Shown here in pieces: positions 1-12,729 of a stretch of DNA of 64,000 nucleotides. How positions within the stretch are numbered: position 1 is the stretch's first letter; each line of letters opens with the position of its first letter. A program made the position numbers and the translations under genes. Source of the DNA: Eledone cirrhosa (lineage: Eukaryota); contig CAXHJY010000001.1 of assembly GCA_964016885.1 (NCBI GenBank), forward strand, positions 682,001 through 746,000. The letters run 5' to 3'. Below the pieces are notes generated by a model that was not told where the DNA came from, did not search any database, and saw nothing but the letters and a program-made list of their open reading frames with translations.

Positions 1-135
1 ATACACACACATCTACTGTGTTACACACACACATCTGCTGAGTTACATACACACACATTTACTGGGTTACATACACACACATCTATTGTGTTACATACAC
101 ACACATCTACTGTGTTACACACACACACATCTACA
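1..135. repeat. ~24-bp CA-rich minisatellite
   Basis: Repeated unit ACATACACACACATCTACTGTGTT with variants. Confidence 0.8.
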
Positions 136-582
136 CATACATATTCCTAAATAGACACACAATACAAAATAATTATTACATACACACATCTATGTAATGA
201 TTGAGGAAGGAATTGCCTTTTGAACAATTTACTAAAATTATTATTTCATTACTAAGATAATGTGTGAATACGCAATTATATGTGTGTGTGTATATATATA
301 TAAACAGTATATATATAGTATACAAAAGATGTAGTGGGATAATGAGTAGTCTTGGTCATAATAAACTACCGAATCAATATTTTTGTCACAATTACAACTT
401 TTATTTCGACATATTTCATTAATATATAGTTATATTATTAAGTTAATGTGACCAACACGTTAATTTTATTTAGTCTCCACATTTTCTTCCATGTTTAACA
501 GATTCTACAGAAAATTGTTAATAAAATACATGTATATTTATTTATACACATGTAGGAGATACGTTTAATGATATGTATATTA

Positions 583-657
583 CAGTGTCCCCCCAAAATG
601 TATACACACTTACATAGACTGTAGTTGAAGTGTGTATACATTTTTGGGGAGACCCTG
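583..657. mobile_element. 75-bp Tc1/mariner-type MITE
   Basis: ~29-bp imperfect TIRs (CAGTGTCCCCCCAAAATGTATACACACTT / AAGTGTGTATACATTTTTGGGGAGACCCTG) flanked by TA on both sides. Confidence 0.75.
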
Positions 658-917
658 TATATATTTTATATACACATATATGTTAAAAGAAAAAATATAT
701 ATATATATATTTATTATTTGTCTGACCCGAATTTTCTTGGTCGTTTTTTTCGGCTGTGCGAATGATTTTAAGCATTATCTCAGTGTGTTGGTATTTAAAC
801 GTTAGTTATAGCTCTGGTTTATCCAAACTATTGAGCACTTTGATTGTGTTTCATTATTTCATGGGCCGAGATTCCGATTCTCGATAATTTATTTGTATAT
901 ATATATATATAAACACA

Positions 918-1298
918 CACCTCTCAAAGGCGATGACACACGACCGTGACCTCTGGCGTCACGCAGTAATACAGAGTACCCGACCTCCCATGGGTTCAAG
1001 CTGAAGCATATAGACAATATGCCCCCACACCCTCCCACTGCAAAGTGGTCGTGGAGGTGCCACACAAAAAAAGCACCCAGCCCACACTGTAAAGTGGACG
1101 TATAGGCGCCACGGAAAAAAGCACGCAACACTCACTGTAAATGAGGTTGGTGTTAGGAAGGGCATCTGGCTATAGAAAAGCCAAAATCAGTTCCTGTATG
1201 AGCAAGGCATGGTCAGCCGACCAGACACTGCCCACAACAGGACAACCCGTCTAACCCATGCTAGCATGGAAGAACGGACGTAAAACGGTGATGATGAT
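918..1298 (+). mobile_element. 5'-truncated RTE-clade LINE 3' end
   Basis: Closely matches the ORF end and 3' UTR of the element at 54826-57470; ends ...GGACGTAAAACGGTGATGATGAT. Confidence 0.85.
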
Positions 1299-3719
1299 TT
1301 ATAAAACTATATTTATTTTATTATACGATATTAACAAATGGAAACTATATTTATAAAACCATATCTATTTTATTATACATATTTCAAGGATACCATGTTA
1401 AATTATGGTATGCTTTCATCAGACAAAATACAATATATAACAGTTTTATAAATAAATATTGACATACCCTTACAAAATGCAACCGTTACTTTTGGAAGAC
1501 TCAGGGATAGTGGAGTTGTTTACTTATATTAGTATTTTTAAAATAAGTCGTAGTGTTACAGATAAGGAAAAGGACGGAGAGAGAGAAAAGGGAGAAAGAA
1601 AGAAAGAAAACAAGAAAAAAGAAAAAGGAGAGAAAAACGAGAGAGATATATCAAAACACCAGACAGAGAGAAAAATAGAGAGATAGAGAGAGGGGGAAAG
1701 AATGAACACATTAAGTCATGTCATATTAAGTTAACTTAACAATTGAGATGAAATGAATAAATAAAATTAGAAATATTAATAATCATGAATGGAATATACA
1801 TACATAATATGAGAAATTAATCATTGTTTAACTATGATTAGATATTTAGTTTAAAAATTGAGATCAATATATTAAAACTTGGAATCTAAACATTAAGAAA
1901 TCTATATATTGCTAAAGAACTACATATCATATAACACGTACACACACGCAAAAATACACATAAATATATATATATACACACACACTCACAAAATACACAC
2001 CATATCTAACCACGTATATAATATATACATACAAAGCATAAATGAATTTTTAATTTAATGTTATCCATCCTTTGTGTCATTAAATAAAATATTTTTTATA
2101 AAAAATGTTTTTAATATATATATATAAATATATAAGATTAGCTGGTATGCATTTATGGCTGTTAGTAATGTCTATCTGCAATCAAATTGTATGGGTATAC
2201 ATGTACATGTACACACACAATTCTTACATATACATATATATACATGTGTGTGCATCCTCAGCCAATTGGTAGATACGCGTCACGCATGCATACATACAGA
2301 CAGACATATATTCATAAAAATGCATAGAACGCATGTACATGTATGTCAATATATTCATAAAAATGCATAGAATGCATGTACATGTATGTCAATATACACA
2401 TATACATATATACTCACATATAGAGAGAAGTATAAATCAATATAGTACATAATATAATTGAGTACATAAAATACAAAAGGATTGTTAATATCGTATGTTT
2501 ATTCCAAATACTTGTTGAGTGCTTTATATCAGTTATAAACATATTTGCTTGTTGTATCCCAACAATTTAAATAGAACTTTTGCATATTTATTTTATTATA
2601 TATATTTCAAGGGCGACCAAGTCAATCTTGGTGCTCTTTCATCAGATAAAATACAAAATTTGTTTTATAAATAACGGTCGGAAATTCGCTGGATAGGGGA
2701 AACTTATTAGGGGTAATTCAAAGTTATGTGTGAATATGCAAATGAATGTATGAAAAATTGAAAAAACAACCGTTTATTTAAATTACGCTGGGGAAAGATA
2801 GGGAAGAAAGAGAAGAAAGAGAGAGAAAAAAATTACTGTTATGAGATAGATAGAGAGATAGAGAGAAGAAAGACATTTATAGAGGATGAACTCATGTAAC
2901 GTAAATAAGTATTACGTTTATATTAATGTTACGTATATTTACTAATTATTGTTAGAATTCTAATATAATACAATATAATATTTACTATTATAAGTATATA
3001 GAAAAATAGATATATAGAAAAAATAAATATATATAAAGACATTGAATAATAAATTGAAAATAAATAGATATAAAGTAGAAAATAGGAGAATCAATAGATA
3101 GAAGAATAGATATATGAGTGGATAAATGGCTATATCATGTTATAGATAATTGTTTTAATAAGTTATGAGGGATACTGGTTTATATTTAGTGTAAGTAATT
3201 AAATTAACTGAGTTAATAAGATTATTTATATGTTTTTAATGTTTTAAATTAGGAAGATACTGAAAAACCCAGCTTTGTTTATTTATTAGTTAGTATGAGA
3301 CCATTTTGACGAAGATATAAATGTTGAAAGATATATATAGCCAGAATTAGTTATTGGTTATAACTCTAATATTAAATAATTAAAAAATATTAAAAATATT
3401 AAAATATTAAAAGTTCTGGAAAAAATTTCTGGAAAAATAAAAAAAAAATTTTTTTTTAATCTCAGAAGATACTCAAAAAACCCTTTTAACAAAATAAAAT
3501 ACTTAAAAAGTACTTAAACTATTTAAAATGTTTAAAAATATTTAAAAAATATTTAAAAATATTAAAAAATTTTAAATCTTTAAAAAGTAATTTTTTTAAG
3601 AAATAAATAATAATTTTTTAAAATAAGTAATTTTTAAATATATGAGATAGTTTAGAAGTAAAATAAAAATGAGATATTTTAGAAGTAAACTAAAAAATGG
3701 TGTCAAGTCATGTCACCAA

Positions 3720-4880
3720 TTTGATCACTTTGAAGGGTGCTTCGGGTCCCTTCAGTCTTGCAACTAGCACTAGCATGACTACTTTACAGAGTGGGCTAGG
3801 GGCCTTCTGTCATGTCTACCTCACAGGGTGGACTGGGTGCTTATTTGTCATGTCATCAGCATGACTACCTTGCAGGGAGGGTTAGGTGTTCTTTTGTCAT
3901 GTTACCTAACAGAGAGGACTTGGTGCTCTTTTGTCATGACACCTGCATGACCACCTTACAGGGTTGCCTGAGGGTTTAGCCATTTCAGCAGCATTGGAGG
4001 AGAGCATGTTAAGCTTTCCATACTTGTATACATGGGTTGGTCAAGAGAGGTGTATCAGATGTGAAAGTGGGGGTGGGGATTGGAGAGGTGTGTCAGGGTG
4101 GTGTACTTAGCTGGTAAGGGGGTGGAGTGTTAAGATGTGAAGGGGAATAAAATTGGAGCATACTTCAAACCACTAAATGTTGTGTCAACCTGTGGACATG
4201 GGAATGCAGGTCTCCTGCAGTAATGTATAATGCCAGAGATTTCAATCCTGTGTCATCACCTTTGAGAGGTACAATGGTGTCAGGTCAGTTTTTACCTCCA
4301 CATCCCAAGCATACCTAGGTCTTCCCCTTCCATCAATTTCAAGTGGTCAACCTTTTATACAGCATCTCTACCTTCATACACATCACATGTCCATACCACA
4401 GCAATCTCCTCTCCTGCATACTGTATCTTTTCCCTCTCATGCCCAGGTTCTCTCTCAGTTTATTAACACTTTCCCCTTCATGTATATTAATATTACACAT
4501 CCATCGGAGAATTCAAGCTTCATTTCTATCCAATCTTCTGAGGTCCTCACTGCAATGCAGCATTGCTGTTCATATGCTCACATCAATTTGGTGAAACAAC
4601 CTTTTGTAGCTAGCAGCAGTAGTAACACCCTAAACCTCTGCCATCTTGTTCTTACTCTTGTTACTGTACTTTCAGAACACCTACCTCCACTGCTTATTTG
4701 ATACCCCAGGTAACAGAAACTGTCAACTGCTTCTATGGAACCCTTTAAATATTTGATAGAGCTTGTCTCCTAAACGTGATTGCTGCTTACTTCTGCAGCG
4801 CAGTGAACCAATGTAAAACCTACATTCTTAGCTAACTTACCATGTATGTGTGACCATTGGTTTCTGAGTCCAGTTATGGC
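3720..4880 (-). mobile_element. Degenerate RTE LINE 3' portion
   Basis: Minus strand carries remnants of the RT C-terminal region (FCYLG, RLLWYGHVM) and 3' UTR repeats like those of other RTE copies here. Confidence 0.7.
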
Positions 4881-4924
4881 ACCATTGTTTATTAGGCGAG
4901 GCACTTCCAAACAGACCCTTCATA

Positions 4925-5310
4925 AAGTATGCTGACAAATATATTTTGCAATCTAGGTGAGTTAATTAGAAGTGGAGGGGGCTGCTCTGAAAGATGTATA
5001 GCTAGAATAAAGATAGGATGGAAAAAGTTTAGAGAGCTACTGCAACAGTTGACCACAAAAGGTTTCTCTCTCTCTGTACAAAAGGACAACTGTATGACAC
5101 ATGTGGGTGATATGCAATGATGCATGGTAACGAAATAAGGGCTGTGACTGCAGAGGTTATGTAGACTGGAGAGATATGAAACAACCATGCTTTGTAGGAT
5201 ATGTTGTGTAAGTGTGAGAGAAAGGGAGAGCTTGGACAAGTTGAAGAAGAAGCTGGGTTTAAGAGTGAGCTGAAGTGGTGTGTAAGAGAGAAGACTGTGT
5301 TTGTACAGAC
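4925..5310 (+). mobile_element. Degenerate RTE LINE fragment
   Basis: ORF 4929-5120 (GGGCSERCIARIKIGWKKFRELL) is homologous to the RTE ORF C-terminus. Confidence 0.75.
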
Positions 5311-5399
5311 ATAAAATGAAAGGAGAATTTCTTAGTAAAACAGGTTAATTCAAAATATTAACAACATTGATGGCACTATTTTAGGTGAGTGACATGGTT

Positions 5400-6281
5400 T
5401 TTATCTAATTGTGTTGCATTAAGTAATCTTTATAAGAGAAAGATGTACCACAGACATCACAGTGATATAGTTCCTCTCCTGTATATGTTAGTGTCTAATT
5501 AAACCACAACATTTAGAGAAGGATTTATCACAGACATCAGTGATATGGTTCCTCTCCTGTATGTATATGTTAGTGTCTAGTGAAACCACAACATTTAGAG
5601 AAGGATTTATCACAGACATCAGTGATATGGTTCATCTCCTGTATATGTTGGTGTCTAGTGAAACCACAACATTTAGAGAAGGATTTATCACAGACATCAC
5701 AGTGATATCGTTCCTCTCCTGTATGTATATGTTGGTGTCTAGTGAAACCACATTTACAGAAGGATTTATCACAGACATCACAGTGATATGGTTCCTCTCC
5801 TGTAGATGTTAGTGTCTAGTGAAGCCACAACATTTAGAGAATGATGTACCAAATATATCAAAGTGATATGGCTTCCCAGCTGTATGTATATGTGTGTGTG
5901 TAGTTAATGTAACATTCAAAGAGAATGCTTTCCCTAAGATGTTACAATGATATGTATTTGTATTCTCATTAATTCACAAATTTGAGAGAATGATTTATCA
6001 CTGATATCAATGCATTATGATTTCTCTTCTGCATGTATACATTTGTGAGTAGTTAGGCTACTTTTCCCAGAGAATGATTTACCACAGATATCACAGTGAT
6101 ATGGCTTATCACCTGTATGTATACGTTTGTGAGTAGTTAAGGTACCTCTTTGAGAGAATGATATACCACAGATATCACAGTGATATGGCTTCTGTTCTCT
6201 AACCTTTGTCATCTCACCAGCAATACTAAACACTTTAGATTGTGTTTCACATTTAATCTTCTTTGTCAATTTATTTGGCAT
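5400..6281 (-). pseudogene. C2H2 zinc-finger gene, decayed (two good fingers followed by ~8 stop/frameshifted fingers)
   Basis: ORF 6015-6281 contains [41 protein letters not shown]; downstream ~78-84-bp finger units carry stops and indels. Confidence 0.85.
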
Positions 6282-7889
6282 AATGATTTCTTCTTCAACA
6301 GAATATACAGATGTTTTTCTTGTAATATTTTTTATATTATATTTCTTATAAAATATTCTTCTATATTTCCCTCAACTGTGATTTCAGTTAATATCTGAAG
6401 ATAACACAAACTTCTGTTTCATCCAAGTTTAGTTAAAATACAAAACCATCTTATAGTGAAGAAAATAAACTCAGTTTTGAGGAAATATTTCACACTAATT
6501 GAACTATAGATTTATATAAACAGTGTTATATAAGTTCTGTTTAGAAGGTTTTAGTCTTCAAATGATGATAAATAGAGGTGATGTATCCAAGATTGAAAAT
6601 AATAATTTATCCCAATGTCATCTGATATTCTGAAATAAGAAAGAAACAGTATGAGATAATAGAGAATACTTTAGAAGCAGAGATAGATTTAACAGTGGAA
6701 ATGTTATATTTCTATATTGGTAAACTGTAGATATCAACATTCTGTCCAGAGAAATTCTCTCCAATGTAAGCAGTGGTATTCCAGCATGCTCTATAAATTA
6801 TATCCTTCTATCACTTCAGAGGTCTGCTCTATGGCAGTTTAGCAAAAAATGCATTCTTATAGGACTTATAAGAAAGTAACAGTATGAGATAATAGAGAAT
6901 ACTTAAAATGCAGGGATAGATTTAACAGTGGAAATTTTACATTTTCACCATATTTCCTAGCATCGAAGACATTACTTTTTCCATAATATAAGTCCAAAAT
7001 ATCTACCATATGTCCTGGAGGCCGAAGGTTGATTATTATTTTTTTTCAAAAATTGGTCGTCATTGGCGCCAGTATGTACGGTACATTGGTAAACTGTAGA
7101 AATATACCTGCGTCAGATTTACTTATTCATATAAACTAGCTACACCATCACTATAGCGGGATCATCTAGTACAGGTCCCCAAAACTGTGGTAACCTCGTG
7201 AGATGAGTTTGGAGCAGCTGACTGGCTACCCCTCCTCACAGTGGTGCCACCCAGTACCAGGCCCCCCAAAATTATAGTTCCACTGTGAGATGAGTTCAGT
7301 GCAGCCAACTGGCCTGTCCCTCCTCATAACAGAGCCATCCAGTTCCACACTGTAAACATGGTTGATGTTAGGAAGGGAATCCAGCTGTAAAATACCCCAC
7401 CAAATTTACAGACCTCACCTGAGCAAAGTGCGACACATGGCCAACCCTGGCCAGACTTGCCTCCTGGCGTGGATGACCCGTCTAACCAGTGGCGTAACTA
7501 GCTTTTAAAGCCAGGGGGGAAAAATCCGATCTAAAGGGGGCCCACCAATTCCATACGCTCATTTCCATCAGCTGCAAGAAAATATGTTCATACGGGCGTC
7601 TAGAATAGATAATTTATAATAGAGTAGAATACATCATAGATTACAGAGTTAGCATGTTCCGTGAAAACTTTATTAACTGCAAAGACGGTGGTCTATCTTC
7701 AGAAAAAAAAACAATATCCAGTAAAACTAGTCTTGCAATCGATTATTCACAAACAAAAATTTGTATGTGCAACAAATCGTCCATCTAAAACTTTACTTTC
7801 ACATTCGAGCATATCACTTGTTCTACAGTTCTAATTTGCGATGTTTTACTTTAGAAAATTTTTCAATCACGATGCTGAAGTCAATTTTT

Positions 7890-10526
7890 TCAGCCAGTTC
7901 TCGCTGCCAGAGCATTCAACCGCTCTTCACTCATGGTACTATGCAAATAATTCTTTATCAGTTTGAGCCTGCTGAAGGTTCGCTCAGCCTGCGCCGAGCT
8001 AACCGGAATAGTTATGAACATTTTGTATAAGGCAAACACGTTCAGATAGGCTCTATCTAAGTCCTTAGAAATCATAAACGGAACGATCTCAGAACTCGAT
8101 ATGGATTTATCTAAACACACTTCCTTGTAAAAATCTTTGAATGATAAATATTCATCGAAGATAGTGTCATTTTCGATGTCACCCTCGTAGAATTTCGCAA
8201 GATTATCGATTCTCTCTTTATTGCATGTGTCGTCGTCGTCGAAGTGCGCCGGTATCAAGCACGAAAAATCCTTCACTAGACCGTGCAAGTCGGCAAAACG
8301 TTCGTTAAAGCTACTAATGATTCTATCTAGGATAGTGAAATAAACGTCCCGTTTAAAATGCTGACTCATCGTCTCATGAGGTTCGTCACTGGTATTTTCG
8401 TCATGAAAACGCTTCTTTTTTCTTTTCCGTTTTTCTGTTGTAAACTCTGGTTCAACTTGACATTGCTCGGCGAGATTTTTAGTGTCTGATAATGTTCGGT
8501 CAAAATATTCATTTGAGCGGATTTCTTCAATTTCTTTTACTACATTTTTAATCATGACGTCCGCGGAATATAAGTCGATAGCCTCCTTCTGCAAATATTG
8601 TGAAACAGAATGCAGCTTTTTAAGTAAATTCTGAAAAAACTTCAACATGAAAATGAATTCAAACTTGCTCACATTTAGTAGCAAACCTCTGGCCTCAGCT
8701 AATACTTTCGGAGCAGTGTTGCGAACATCCCCACTTACTATCCTCTCTAGTGCACTCATTACTGCCGGTAAGTTGTTAATGGTAGCCTCTACAGCCTGAA
8801 TGTGACTAAACCAGCGGGTATCTGAGAGTCGTTTTAATGTTAATACCGTTGAAATCAATAGTTTTTCTTGTTCTTCTTCGAGGATTTTCAGCCTTGGCAA
8901 GCTTGATGTTAAGAAAACATACAGGCTCTCCAATGTACCAAAAAATAATTTACCATCCATTGACGATTGGCTAGCATCGATTAACACCAGGTTCAGGTTA
9001 TGAGCACAACAATGGACGTAAACAGCTTTCGAAGAGCATCCCTCTTTAACTCTAGCCTGAAGCCCAGAAATATGGCCGGACATATTTGACGCTCCGTCGT
9101 AAGCTTGTCCTCTAATATATTGAGCATCCAAAGAAAGATCCTGGAAAAGAACTTTCACAAGCGTATCGAAAAATGATTCAGCGGCTGCTGATTTTAGTTC
9201 ACAAAATGACAGGAAACGCTCCTGTGCGTGGCCACTTTTCGATACATATCGGAGTGACACAGAGCATTGATCCTGATGCGAAATGTCTATTGTGGAATCG
9301 ACAATGACTGAATAGTATTTTGCCGCTTTCACTTCCGTGATTATTTGTTGAGTACATTCGTTCGCCAGGCATTCTATGAATTCGTTTTGTAATTTTGGAC
9401 TTAAGTACATAGGCTGTCTTTTAGTGCGCCCAGGTGAGAAGAAATGGCTTTCCAAGATCATATCATACTTGGCTATCAATTTCAACAATTCAATAAAGTT
9501 TCCTTCATTTTCTGATTTGGCGCCAAGTCCAGCATATTCCCTGTGACCTCTGAAGGCCAAGCCTTGTTTTGTGAGAAATAACGTACAATCAAGCAATCGC
9601 CCCAATATCTGGCGATTTCGTTCAATTCGCTTCTCTTCATGGATGAGGTTATCGATCACCGTTTTATTTGCGTCCAAACGATATTTTGTCATGAAGTATT
9701 GCTTTTGTGCATTGATGTGAATGGTACTTTTCTCATGATTGGCAATTTTTTCGATTCCCTTTTTGAAGTTTGCCATCCCACACTCTGGATTACCCCAAGT
9801 CTTCGAGTAAGATTCGGCATTTTTATCAGCAAACAGCCAACAACAAAAGCAATATAGTCTGTTGGATTCAGGAGAGTATACTAACCAGTGTCGGTCAACT
9901 TCATGGATTCCAGCACACTTTCTCTTGTACCAACTGATGTTGAATTTTCTGTGGTTCGAGTCGAGAGGGAAATCAGCAAAATGATCTTTCAATCCTGGCT
10001 GACAAGGACCAAAAGTCATGAGGGCACGAATTAGAGGTGTCGTCAATGGTCTGTCTTCGAAATGTTTCGGGTCGCTTGGATACTTCTCTTGTAAATTCAA
10101 CATGCACTCTACTGGCCCATGCTCTGGGATTTGTTTTGCCGATGTAGTTTCCTCTGAATCATTTTCATTTTCAGATTCCGATACAGCCATTTTTCCCTCT
10201 ATTGAGTTTGGATCCCCATTTGGAACTATATCTTCAGTGACTACGACGGTTGTTGAGATAGTCGATGGACCTGAGGCATCTTCGACGTCAGGTTCTCGCG
10301 ACTCTCCAGTGCTTTTCTGTTTCTCCAGTTCATCTGACCAGACCGACTCGCCGGAAATTCCGGCAGTTACATTGGTTTGGGATGCGTCACTACTTGTTGA
10401 CGAAGACTGTTGACTTTTCAGAAAACTTGTGATTAGATGACATTTCTTTGCAGATTCTTCCCTGGCAGCTTGTCTAGCTTCTTTCCTCTTTGTTGCTCCA
10501 GTCTTGTAATTTTTTTTAGGCAACAT
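7890..10526 (-). CDS. hAT transposase (TTF-type Zn finger, DUF4371-like region, DDE core, hAT dimerisation domain); extreme C-terminus frameshifted
   Basis: 878-aa ORF with WLVYS..LYCFCCWLF, LAFRGH, GNFIELL, VDSTIDIS, GQAYDGASNMSG, HCCAHNLNL, TRW and TIPVSSAQAERTFSRLKLIKN; the natural end ELAEKIDF...KHRKLEL* lies in another frame (stop at 7823-7825). Confidence 0.92.
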   Translation of the reverse strand: MLPKKNYKTGATKRKEARQAAREESAKKCHLITSFLKSQQSSSTSSDASQTNVTAGISGESVWSDELEKQKSTGESREPDVEDASGPSTISTTVVVTEDIVPNGDPNSIEGKMAVSESENENDSEETTSAKQIPEHGPVECMLNLQEKYPSDPKHFEDRPLTTPLIRALMTFGPCQPGLKDHFADFPLDSNHRKFNISWYKRKCAGIHEVDRHWLVYSPESNRLYCFCCWLFADKNAESYSKTWGNPECGMANFKKGIEKIANHEKSTIHINAQKQYFMTKYRLDANKTVIDNLIHEEKRIERNRQILGRLLDCTLFLTKQGLAFRGHREYAGLGAKSENEGNFIELLKLIAKYDMILESHFFSPGRTKRQPMYLSPKLQNEFIECLANECTQQIITEVKAAKYYSVIVDSTIDISHQDQCSVSLRYVSKSGHAQERFLSFCELKSAAAESFFDTLVKVLFQDLSLDAQYIRGQAYDGASNMSGHISGLQARVKEGCSSKAVYVHCCAHNLNLVLIDASQSSMDGKLFFGTLESLYVFLTSSLPRLKILEEEQEKLLISTVLTLKRLSDTRWFSHIQAVEATINNLPAVMSALERIVSGDVRNTAPKVLAEARGLLLNVSKFEFIFMLKFFQNLLKKLHSVSQYLQKEAIDLYSADVMIKNVVKEIEEIRSNEYFDRTLSDTKNLAEQCQVEPEFTTEKRKRKKKRFHDENTSDEPHETMSQHFKRDVYFTILDRIISSFNERFADLHGLVKDFSCLIPAHFDDDDTCNKERIDNLAKFYEGDIENDTIFDEYLSFKDFYKEVCLDKSISSSEIVPFMISKDLDRAYLNVFALYKMFITIPVSSAQAERTFSRLKLIKNYLHSTMSEERLNALAARTG

Positions 10527-10874
10527 TCTTAATGAGCACTATATTGACACAGTTGGAATAATGCAATTCGCTTGATTTGATATTCAACACCGAAGAATGT
10601 AAAACACGTCAAATAATCGACGAAAAACAAAACATAGAGCAAAAGTCCAGGAAATATATATATATATATAACAGATTAATCTACCGGAGTAAACGGTAGT
10701 GTCGAATCCGTATAGAGAACTCAATGTAATCCAAATGTGGAAAAATCATAAAAAATACATGTAGTTAATTAATAATGTAAAACAATTGGAAGACAGAGTC
10801 AAAATAAGACATTGAAAAACAATGAAAAATTAAACAAAGAACATGTTCTTCCTATTAATATTGATTTACACTTT

Positions 10875-11010
10875 AACAGACGATCGTTTCAAGGGATCAG
10901 ATATTGGCATGTGTATTTTCATTAAGATATATATATATATATATTTTATATTTTACAAATTATACAAAGAAAATACAACATACCTCCATCCGCTCTCTAT
11001 CGTCAGTGTT
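10875..11010 (-). ncRNA. Type I hammerhead ribozyme motif (Penelope-like, minimal stem III)
   Basis: Minus strand reads AACA-CTGACGA-[~30-bp imperfect stem II]-GAAA-CGATCG-TC-TGTT. Confidence 0.65.
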
Positions 11011-11473
11011 GAATGAAAACTAATTTTATTACAAGAATAAAAAACATATCAAAATATAAAGGAATATTGACCGATGGTATTCATTGGCTGGTTTCTAAAT
11101 CAACAAAATCCATCGGCTGAAAAGGAGATAAAAGATGAAATTCAATGGAAAGCAGTTAGAGGATGAGGAGGGGTGTTACAATAGAGGAAGACAATTAGGT
11201 CAAAGTTCTGGACAGAATATTTAAGGACAGCAGAATGTCAGATACCAAGTTACAACTTTAGAAAGTTCATTATATTTTATTCCAACTAAATATATATTTG
11301 TGTGTATATACTCATGCATAATTATACTTTTAATTAAATATTAGGTTAAAAACCTGAGTATCGAGATTAACATAAGCATGTATTACAACATTTCAAACAA
11401 ATAGAATAATATAGAATTTAGATATCAAATCATTTATATATATTTACAAATCAAAGAATATAACAATCGGTTT

Positions 11474-11719
11474 TTAATGAGATCCCTGTGATTGAGGCAA
11501 GGCTACTAATTTGTCAATGTTTGGTGTCAAAGCCGTTAGAGAGAGTCGTAAACCACCTCTTCTTTCTATATCAAGGCGATTTCCACTTTTTGAAAGCAGA
11601 TGCATAACCCGACTGAAACCTGACTCAACTAAATAAGATGTGGAGAAAGCAAATAAAAAAAATGTAACGCTTTTATTCCACTGAATATTCTCCACACATT
11701 TTTTAGATGCAGTTGCCAT
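11474..11719 (-). pseudogene. C-terminal fragment of a Charlie/Buster-type hAT transposase
   Basis: FSTSYLVESGFSRV..LLSKSGNRLDIERRGGLRLSLT..PNIDKLV..QSQGSH resembles the Buster/Charlie C-terminus. Confidence 0.75.
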
Positions 11720-12347
11720 TTTATCCGAAATATTATATTCTTTAAATAAACAAGAAATTGGTCTTAACTTCTAGTCTTATTAGAGATTAAGGGTTTTCTT
11801 TAAGTTGTTGTAGTTAAGGATTCGTAATTACATGTGTAATAAGTTATGTGTTTAGAATTATAGCCTAGGGGGCCCACCTAGACCGAGAGGAAAGCCGGGG
11901 GGGGGGGGGGGTCGCCCCCCCCCCCCCCCCGCTAGCTACGCTAGAGCGTCTAACCCATGCAAGAATGGAAAAATGGACGCTAAATGGTGATGATATATAC
12001 ATACATATATATATATCTCACCCACACTGGACGTGTAGAAGACAGCAAAAAAGCATCCAGCCCACACTTGCCTCTAAATGGGACCCGTCTAACCCATGCT
12101 AGTGTGGAAGATGGACGTTAATTGAAGATGATGATGATGATATATAATTAAATGTTGTAGTTTGTTTGAAGCATTCTATATAAAATATAACGTTGAAAGA
12201 GATAGAAGGCTAAACAATGCAAAATGGACAATAAGATGAGGTAAGGAAAAGTAAAAGTTACCTGGTAATCTTTGTTTTGTTTTTTTGTTGTTGTTCTTTT
12301 ATCTGTCCAATATTTCGGGACCTAAAAGTCCTTACTTCAGGGTTTAA

Positions 12348-12725
12348 CCCTTTAACATTTACATTACTCTATATATACTATTATATTTCCATGGTAATGT
12401 CTTTATCTCACATAACATTTACATTACTCTATATATACTATTATATTGCCATGGTAATGTCTTTATCTCACATAACATTTACATTACTCTATATATACTA
12501 TTATATTTCCATGGTAATGTCTTTATCTCACATAACATTTACATTACTCTATATATACTATTATATTTCCATGGTAAAGTCTTTACCTCACATAATATCG
12601 AATCTGATATTATTTATATTGAGAACAATACTTTAACATCAGTATGAGTGGCCAGTTACGGGTGGTTTAAAAAGAAAAAGAGGACAGAACTCTGGCCAGT
12701 TATTGCCGGTTTAAATGTTAAAGGG
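12348..12725 (+). mobile_element. piggyBac-like MITE with four internal 60-bp tandem units
   Basis: TTAA|CCCTTTAACATTTA ... TAAATGTTAAAGGG|TTAA; exact 60-bp periodicity over ~12352-12595. Confidence 0.85.
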
Positions 12726-12729
12726 TTAA

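Larger units (their letters stand above)
7487..11946 (-). mobile_element. hAT DNA transposon (Tip100/ZMYM1-like transposase group)
   Basis: Perfect 8-bp TSD CGTCTAAC (7479-7486, 11947-11954); imperfect 16-bp TIRs (CAGTGGCGTAACTAGC vs reverse complement CTCTAGCGTAGCTAGC); it splits an RTE-type 3' end that resumes at 11947. Confidence 0.9.

Noticed and set aside
7890-10526. Host gene ZMYM1
   Set aside because: Intronless ORF inside TIRs and an 8-bp TSD; it is a transposase that often receives this label.
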